Of a stretch of DNA of 64,000 bases, positions 58,728 to 64,000 are shown in pieces. Location: assembly GCA_001821555.1 (NCBI GenBank), contig MHMM01000010.1:19629-83628 (forward strand), written 5' to 3'. The notes beneath the pieces are model-generated. The model did no database searches and was not told where the DNA came from. It worked only from the letters and a program-made list of their open reading frames with translations. The stretch comes from Candidatus Nealsonbacteria bacterium RIFOXYB1_FULL_40_15. GTDB taxonomy: Bacteria > Patescibacteriota > Minisyncoccia > Minisyncoccales > GWA2-38-27. Both the position numbers and the translations under genes were made by a program. Every line of letters begins with the position of its first letter. Within the stretch, counting starts at the first letter, position 1.

Positions 58728-58866
58728 TAATCCGATACTCTGTATCGGATTAGAATTTTGAATAAATAATTTTGCGGGACCCTGCGAGCGCGGCGGCGGG
58801 AGCACGAGGAATTTTTCAGCAGAAAAATATCCGTGTCCAGCAAAATTCGTTTATTCAAAAAATTCT
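58728..58866. repeat. Structured intergenic element: 11-bp perfect hairpin plus a ~115-bp element with imperfect terminal inverted repeats
   Basis: TAATCCGATAC-TCT-GTATCGGATTA; AGAATTTTGAATAAATAATTTTGC...GCAAAATTCGTTTATTCAAAAAATTCT with inner ATTTTTC-AGCA-GAAAAAT. Confidence 0.6.
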
Positions 58867-58880
58867 GACTATTGGATATT

Positions 58881-59396
58881 TTATGCTATTTTGACCTTAT
58901 TGTCAAGAGTATTTTTAAGGGATTTCAAAGCCCTATGGAGCTGAACCCTTACCGCCCCCTCCGATTTGCCCATCAGCTCCGCTATCTCCGGAACAGTATA
59001 TTCGTCAATATAGTGCCAAACTATAATTTCCTGGTATTCGTCTTTTAGATCAGATAGGGCCATTTTAACCATATTTAGATCCGAATTCATAAAAACAGCT
59101 TCTTCCATATTTTCGGATGAATCAACAATAGGCAAAGAATCCGAAGAAACAGTTGGTGTCCTACCCTTTTCTCTATAGTGATCAATAACTAGATTCCGCG
59201 CTATCTGATAAAGAAAAGCCGAAGGATTTTCTATTTCTTTTGAGTTTTGCTTAAAGGTCTGCCATCCCCTTAGAAATACTTCAGAGCAAATATCCTCCGC
59301 TATGTCTTTTGAATTGACTTTAAAGAAAATAAAACGATATATTCTTTCTATGTTATCGTCGTATATTTTACTGAAAATATCTTTTGCTTTACTCAT
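58881..59396 (-). CDS. ECF RNA polymerase sigma factor
   Basis: AEDICSEVF, FLYQIARNLVIDHYR, EIAELMGKSEGAVRVQLHRALKSL. Confidence 0.92.
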   Translation of the reverse strand: MSKAKDIFSKIYDDNIERIYRFIFFKVNSKDIAEDICSEVFLRGWQTFKQNSKEIENPSAFLYQIARNLVIDHYREKGRTPTVSSDSLPIVDSSENMEEAVFMNSDLNMVKMALSDLKDEYQEIIVWHYIDEYTVPEIAELMGKSEGAVRVQLHRALKSLKNTLDNKVKIA

Positions 59397-59400
59397 TTTG

Positions 59401-59455
59401 TTGGGACATTTTAATAGGACAATGTTATACTTCTGTCTGTCCTATCGTGTCCTAT
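59401..59455. promoter_or_regulatory. Putative operator array (four ATAGGACA-like sites) flanking a -10 element upstream of the ECF sigma gene
   Basis: TTGGGACA 59401, ATAGGACA 59414, TGTCCTAT 59438 and 59448; minus-strand TATAAC at 59424-59429. Confidence 0.6.
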
Positions 59456-60045
59456 CTAATCAATTCGTAAAATGTGTTATTATTTTCTCCTAATCTTTTG
59501 ACTAATTTCTTTTCAAGCAAAACATCAAAGTCTCTCCTTATGGTTCTTTTAGAAACGTTCGGCATCGCGTCTTTTATATCTTTTACCTGGATTTTCCCCT
59601 TTTCTTTCAAAATGCTAATTATCTTGTTCTTCCTTTCATCCATAAGGTCTTCTGTTATTTCTTTCTTTGGGGCTACAGGTTTTTCTTTGACAAATGACAA
59701 TTCAAGGACTTGTTTTTTGAAATAACCTTCCAGATCTTTATATTCCTCTTCAAGCTTGAGAATATCAAAATAACTGATCCAGTTCTGCCACTTAGCTAAT
59801 TTAAAATAGCTTTTTATAAGCTCAAGGTTCTTTTCTACTTCAAATATTATATCTCTTTTCTCTGAAATATTTGCGTTCAAAAGCTTTCCAGGGTTCGGCT
59901 TGTGCCCAACTTGCCATTCTATAACAGAAGAAAGAATATTATCAGCAGTTTCCCTTATTTTGTACCTTAAGGGCTCTTTTTTAGGAAACAGCAACGTCTG
60001 CTTGTACACCCTGCCGGTGAGTTCTATTATATCCTTCTCGTCCAT
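59452..60045 (-). CDS. Four-helix-bundle protein with C-terminal DeoR-type HTH
   Basis: LLFPKKEPLRYKIRE helical N-terminus; ERKNKIISIL...VSKRTIRRDFDVL HTH. Confidence 0.75.
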   Translation of the reverse strand: MDEKDIIELTGRVYKQTLLFPKKEPLRYKIRETADNILSSVIEWQVGHKPNPGKLLNANISEKRDIIFEVEKNLELIKSYFKLAKWQNWISYFDILKLEEEYKDLEGYFKKQVLELSFVKEKPVAPKKEITEDLMDERKNKIISILKEKGKIQVKDIKDAMPNVSKRTIRRDFDVLLEKKLVKRLGENNNTFYELIR

Positions 60046-60052
60046 ATTGTTG

Positions 60053-60547
60053 TTATATAGAGCTTACCGGATATCCTTCGGAAACTGCGGAGGCAATCTT
60101 TATCCCCTCTGTGATTTCCGCCAGCATTTCTGCTATATCTTCCACCTGCTCGTTTATTTCCCTTAATGCTACTAGTTCCTTTACCTTAACCTCCAATTCT
60201 TTGGTTTCTTGCGCTATTCTCCGGATCTCGCTTTCTATCCTCTTTAAATCTTCCGGCTCATCAGCTTCTTTTATCCGGATAATTTGTTTTTGAACGGGCT
60301 CGGGCTCAATTGCTTCAGGATCATTCTCCCTGTCTCCGCCAAATGCATCCATATCTATCTCTGAAAAAGTTATCTCTTCCAAATTGATTATCTTCCTATT
60401 TGCAAAAGCAAACCTGGAAATAACCGACTCAAGATTTCCCAAAAGACCCTCTCTTGTTCCATCATTTTTAATCAAATAAACAGCAGTCATTGCTATCAAT
60501 AACAAAACCAGAACGCCTGCTTTCTTGGCTAACCCTTTTAAACCCAT
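60053..60547 (-). CDS. Hypothetical membrane-anchored coiled-coil protein
   Basis: N-terminal TM and Glu/Ile-rich heptads; TGTATAAT upstream. Confidence 0.55.
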   Translation of the reverse strand: MGLKGLAKKAGVLVLLLIAMTAVYLIKNDGTREGLLGNLESVISRFAFANRKIINLEEITFSEIDMDAFGGDRENDPEAIEPEPVQKQIIRIKEADEPEDLKRIESEIRRIAQETKELEVKVKELVALREINEQVEDIAEMLAEITEGIKIASAVSEGYPVSSI

Positions 60548-60607
60548 ATTATTACAATTATACACAAATAAAGAGACAGGTAAAGCTCTTGTCTGCTGTG
60601 GAAAAGT

Positions 60608-60638
60608 AAAACAAAAACGGCCCTTGAAAAGGCCGTTT
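60608..60638 (-). terminator. Intrinsic terminator
   Basis: AAACGGCC...GGCCGTTT stem followed by TTGTTTT on the minus strand, right after the stop at 60641. Confidence 0.7.
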
Positions 60639-60640
60639 GT

Positions 60641-61381
60641 TTATAGGATTTCTGTTTCCTCGACAGGAAACCCAACTCTCAATTTATCTAATGCCTCTCT
60701 TAATGAATTATGGAATTCGTCTCTTGCCGATTCCATTGCCCCCCTCTTGGCTTCAGCAAGTCCCTGCATTTCTTGACCATGATTCATTGTCTGGATTCTT
60801 TCTCTGTAAGTCTGCCTTGCTTGCGTTAGGGTGTTTCTAAGATTCTGCTGTATATCTTTCATATCTGATCCTTTTCCGCAGTCGGACAGAGCTTCTTCAA
60901 AAGCATCTGCTTCTTTTTCTTTATAATTTTGGATCCTATTTTCCGCCTCCTCCCTTCTTCTTGCTTTTAGATTATCCGTTCCCTCGTGAAAAATACGGAT
61001 TGCTTCGTCAAACTTTTCCCTTCTTTCAAGAACCGCCTCCTCTACAGAAGCGATGAAATCCAGAACTGCCTTTTTTTGCGTCTCGTCCTGCGCTCTGTCC
61101 AGCAATTTCTGGAAGCGTTCTGCTCTGTTATTGTCCCACTGCTCTCTTTTTTGCTCCAAATTTTGCTCTCTTTGAATTCTTTTCTGATCCATATCCTGCG
61201 ATATGCCTTCCTGCCTATACCTTATTTTTTCTTCCTCCTGCTGGGTTTTTTGTCCAATCCTTTCTAGGGCATTTGAAATCCTCTGGCAGGCATTATCCTG
61301 TCCGGCTCTGTTTTGCGCAAAGACAGCCAAGGGCAGGATGATAAGCGCCGAAAGTGCTAAAATTGTTAGTTTCTTCTTCAT
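60641..61381 (-). CDS. Secreted all-helical/coiled-coil hypothetical protein
   Basis: Signal peptide ending AVFA; Q/E/R/K-rich body with two Cys. Confidence 0.7.
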   Translation of the reverse strand: MKKKLTILALSALIILPLAVFAQNRAGQDNACQRISNALERIGQKTQQEEEKIRYRQEGISQDMDQKRIQREQNLEQKREQWDNNRAERFQKLLDRAQDETQKKAVLDFIASVEEAVLERREKFDEAIRIFHEGTDNLKARRREEAENRIQNYKEKEADAFEEALSDCGKGSDMKDIQQNLRNTLTQARQTYRERIQTMNHGQEMQGLAEAKRGAMESARDEFHNSLREALDKLRVGFPVEETEIL

Positions 61382-61385
61382 ATTT

Positions 61386-61673
61386 TTATAGCTCCAAATT
61401 ATCAGACGACTCTCCGAGAGACTCTAGTTCATTTGAGTCGTTTAGAACTTCTTCTGAATCTTCGACTGCTTCTTGATATAGAGAATTAAACTCTTCATCA
61501 AGCTCTTTTTCTAAAGAGTCTACCAGGTCATCCACCCTGCCGGTAGTCTCCTGTTCTTTTTCCAGTGGAGCAAATTCCCATTTATTACCCCAGTAGAGAA
61601 ATGCTCCTACGGCAATAATCGCAGCTACTCCAACGATAACAGCGATTAAAAAAAGTTTATTACTTCTGATCAT
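61386..61673 (-). CDS. Hypothetical protein, N-terminal TM and acidic tail
   Basis: ORF track; co-oriented with and 4 nt from the next gene. Confidence 0.6.
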   Translation of the reverse strand: MIRSNKLFLIAVIVGVAAIIAVGAFLYWGNKWEFAPLEKEQETTGRVDDLVDSLEKELDEEFNSLYQEAVEDSEEVLNDSNELESLGESSDNLEL

Positions 61674-61756
61674 ATGATTTTAGTTATTTTTTAAAAAAGA
61701 CCTTTAAAACGATATTACTTTAGAATATCACAATTTGCTTGGATAGTTTTGCACAG

Positions 61757-62506
61757 CTATTCTGTTTTCTTAAAACCTTCAAAAGATTTTAATATTTCCA
61801 GAGGAACGGTGAATACAACTGTATTGGACTGATCCGAAGAAAGATCGTTTATTGATTGCAACGTCCTCAAATGGAGAGCCCCTTTGGTAGCGCCCAAGAT
61901 CTTAGCCGCTTCGGCCATATTTTGGGCGGCGGCAAGTTCTCCCTCCGAGTTTATAATCACAGCTCTTTTCTCTCTTTCTGCCTCTGCCTGCTTTGCGATA
62001 GTTCTCTCCATATCCGCAGGCAAACTTACGTCTTTGAGTTCTACATTATTGACTTTTAGGCCCCACTCATCGGTTTCTTTATCCACAATCTCCCTTATTC
62101 TCTCTGCTATCTTTTCTCTGTTGGCCAAAAGCTCGTCCAAAGTCGCCTCTCCGACAATATTTCTCATTGTCGTCTGGGCATATTGGGATATTGCATATCT
62201 AAAATCCTCCACCTCAAGAACAGCCTTTGAGGCGTCCGACACCTTATAATATATAACAGCGTTCACCATAACAGAAACATTATCCCTAGTTATGGCTTTT
62301 TGGTCAGGAACGTCAACCGCCTTGACCCTCATATCAACTTTTCTATAGCCCTGGAAAATAGGAATGACAATCCTCCACCCGGGATTCATTATTCCCGAGA
62401 ACCTTCCCATGGTAAATCTTACCCCTCTCTGGTACTGGTTTATCTGCCTCAAGCTGACCAAAAAAAGAGCTACCAGAACAATTAGAACTATTGTTAATAT
62501 AGACAT
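61757..62506 (-). CDS. SPFH/stomatin (slipin) family protein
   Basis: YQRGVRFTMGR, ITRDNVSV, AQTTMRNIVG, QAEAERE, ALHLRTLQ; start at MSILT. Confidence 0.92.
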   Translation of the reverse strand: MSILTIVLIVLVALFLVSLRQINQYQRGVRFTMGRFSGIMNPGWRIVIPIFQGYRKVDMRVKAVDVPDQKAITRDNVSVMVNAVIYYKVSDASKAVLEVEDFRYAISQYAQTTMRNIVGEATLDELLANREKIAERIREIVDKETDEWGLKVNNVELKDVSLPADMERTIAKQAEAEREKRAVIINSEGELAAAQNMAEAAKILGATKGALHLRTLQSINDLSSDQSNTVVFTVPLEILKSFEGFKKTE

Positions 62507-62507
62507 A

Positions 62508-63083
62508 TTATTTTTTGAAATAAAAGAGGCAAAGGCAATGGCCATTCTCCTTAATTTCATTTTTATGATAATAGCAAGGGCAGGTTTTCTTTTCGTCCTC
62601 TTCTGTTCCCGTTATTCTTCTGCAGGGGCAGTATTTTTTACCGTATTTCTTCTTGTTTCCGATAATGCCCGTGGCGATTCTTTTTACCGCCTCCCTGTCG
62701 GGATTCAAGATAAAACCGTTATCTTCAGCATATTTTTCTGATTCGGATATCAAAGAAGATATATCGTCTTTTATAAACTCCGACAGCCATTCTTTTATCG
62801 CGCTTTCTGGTCTTAAACCGAGAAATCCGCTCACCGGCTTGCCCTCTTTAAAAAGAATAACCGTAGGAATTTGATCTATCCCAAACTTCTGAGCTATTAG
62901 GGGAACTTCGTCAAGGTTGGCCTTCATCAAAACAAACTCTTCTGATTCTCCGGCTATCTTTTCCAAAATAGGAGCCAGCATTCTGCACGGCTGGCACCAA
63001 TCAGCATAAAAATCAACCAAAATCGGCTTTCCGGCATTGTTTATCTCGCTTTCAAAGTTTTGATCTTTTAATTCAAAAATCAC
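62508..63083 (-). CDS. Thioredoxin fused to a ferredoxin:thioredoxin reductase catalytic domain
   Basis: DFYADWCQPC thioredoxin; C-terminal YCPCR...CPC...GHCLC. Confidence 0.85.
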   Translation of the reverse strand: MIFELKDQNFESEINNAGKPILVDFYADWCQPCRMLAPILEKIAGESEEFVLMKANLDEVPLIAQKFGIDQIPTVILFKEGKPVSGFLGLRPESAIKEWLSEFIKDDISSLISESEKYAEDNGFILNPDREAVKRIATGIIGNKKKYGKKYCPCRRITGTEEDEKKTCPCYYHKNEIKENGHCLCLFYFKK

Positions 63084-63143
63084 AGTAAATATATTTTACC
63101 TTATTTTTCCCAAAAAAACAAATTTATGCTTTTGCCGGTATTC

Positions 63144-63207
63144 TGCTTATAGGCAATTCAATGAAGAAAGTACTTCCATTGCCCTTTCCTTCGGACTCAA
63201 CCCAAAT
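63144..63207. repeat. 64-bp direct repeat, orphan copy of the histidine kinase 3' end (60/64 identical to 63346..63409)
   Basis: Manual alignment; encodes IWVESEGKGNGSTFFIELPIS followed by RIPAKA-stop. Confidence 0.9.
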
Positions 63208-63313
63208 GTCGCTCTCGCTCCTTAGAAACCTCACAGTTTCTAACCCCTTCCGCCAACTTGGCGTCAGGGTGTTTTCCTTCACGGGAGGACACCCAGTCCT
63301 CCCGACCCCTCTT

Positions 63314-64000
63314 TTAAAATTTGGGTTGATTCCCTGAAATTTCCTTGCTTATAGGCAATTCAATAAAGAAAGTACTTCCCTTGCTTTTTCCTTCGGACTC
63401 AACCCAAATTTTGCCTTTATGGGCTTCAACAATCTTATAGGTTATGTATAGTCCTATTCCCCTTCCGGTGGTAAAGAGCTTTTCGGCCTGCTCTCCCCTC
63501 TCAAATAGTTTTCCAAAGAGTTTGTCTTTTTCTTCCTTAGATAGTCCTACTCCTGTATCTTTTATTATAATCTGGAGCTTGTCCCCTTTTTCCTTCAGCC
63601 CCACAGTAACGCCTCCTTTTCTTGTGTACTTCACAGCATTATCCACTATGTTATAGACAGCGGCCTTGAGTTTTTGTTCGTCCGCCCTTGCTTTTGGAGC
63701 ATCTTCTGGAACTTCTGATTTGACATAAATCCCCTTGATTTTCGCCTCAATCTCAACATCCTGGACAGCTTCCCTTACAATAGCGTCTACATCAACGCCT
63801 TCTCGTAAAACAACAACATCTTTTCCCATTTGAAATTGGGAGATGTCAAGGAATTCATTCACCAGTTTTATTTCGTTTTTAGTGGAAGCAGCAAATTTAT
63901 CCAGCACATCCTTTATCTTCGGGGGCACATCTCCATAGCTCCCCCCAAAGATAAGGTCCAGATATCCCTGCATAGAAGTCAGGGGAGTCCTTAAATGGTG
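63314..64000 (-). CDS. Sensor histidine kinase (3' part; starts beyond the window end)
   Basis: H-box HHLRTPLTSM at the window edge, N-box NIVDNAVKY, G1 DTGVG, G2 GRGIGL. Confidence 0.92.
   Translation of the reverse strand, partial: HHLRTPLTSMQGYLDLIFGGSYGDVPPKIKDVLDKFAASTKNEIKLVNEFLDISQFQMGKDVVVLREGVDVDAIVREAVQDVEIEAKIKGIYVKSEVPEDAPKARADEQKLKAAVYNIVDNAVKYTRKGGVTVGLKEKGDKLQIIIKDTGVGLSKEEKDKLFGKLFERGEQAEKLFTTGRGIGLYITYKIVEAHKGKIWVESEGKSKGSTFFIELPISKEISGNQPKF

Noticed and set aside
63144..63409. 64-bp repeat pair as a diversity-generating retroelement TR/VR
   Set aside because: Mismatches are not confined to adenines on either strand (coding A/G, A/G, G/T, T/C), no reverse transcriptase is in the window, and the target is a kinase ATPase domain.
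1..64000. CRISPR arrays, tRNA/rRNA genes, IS transposases
   Set aside because: No regularly spaced repeats, cloverleaf/rRNA signatures or transposase ORFs recognised by eye; intergenic regions are short.

Overview
Low-GC bacterial DNA. Gene content (PG-binding-domain S-layer-like protein, DUF5667-type anti-sigma, Wzy_C-TPR proteins, tight gene packing) suggests a Patescibacteria/CPR (Parcubacteria-like) genome, but this is inference. Positions 1-46.4 kb hold one very long minus-strand glycan operon headed by a small HTH_17 regulator. It contains wzm/wzt export, an intein-interrupted GDP-sugar 4,6-dehydratase, a complete GDP-heptose pathway, four ThDP-dependent enzyme systems, a B12-radical SAM enzyme, many glycosyltransferases and tailoring enzymes, a WecA/MraY-type initiator and a DegT aminotransferase. 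The core (22-43.6 kb) is built from three similar modules. Each has ThDP C-C ligase(s), a reductase and a paralogous SAM-fold protein, and ends in a paralogous GT-A-like transferase, suggesting an undescribed assembly line for branched or higher-carbon sugars. Next come a putative cobalamin uptake pair, two tandem O-antigen-ligase/O-OTase-TPR paralogs and a 1131-aa S-layer-like protein (together a candidate S-layer glycosylation system). After these lie a DeoR-HTH/ECF sigma/anti-sigma module with visible operator and promoter motifs, a thioredoxin-FTR fusion and a histidine kinase with a duplicated alternative 3' end. No rRNA, tRNA, CRISPR array or transposase was recognised.
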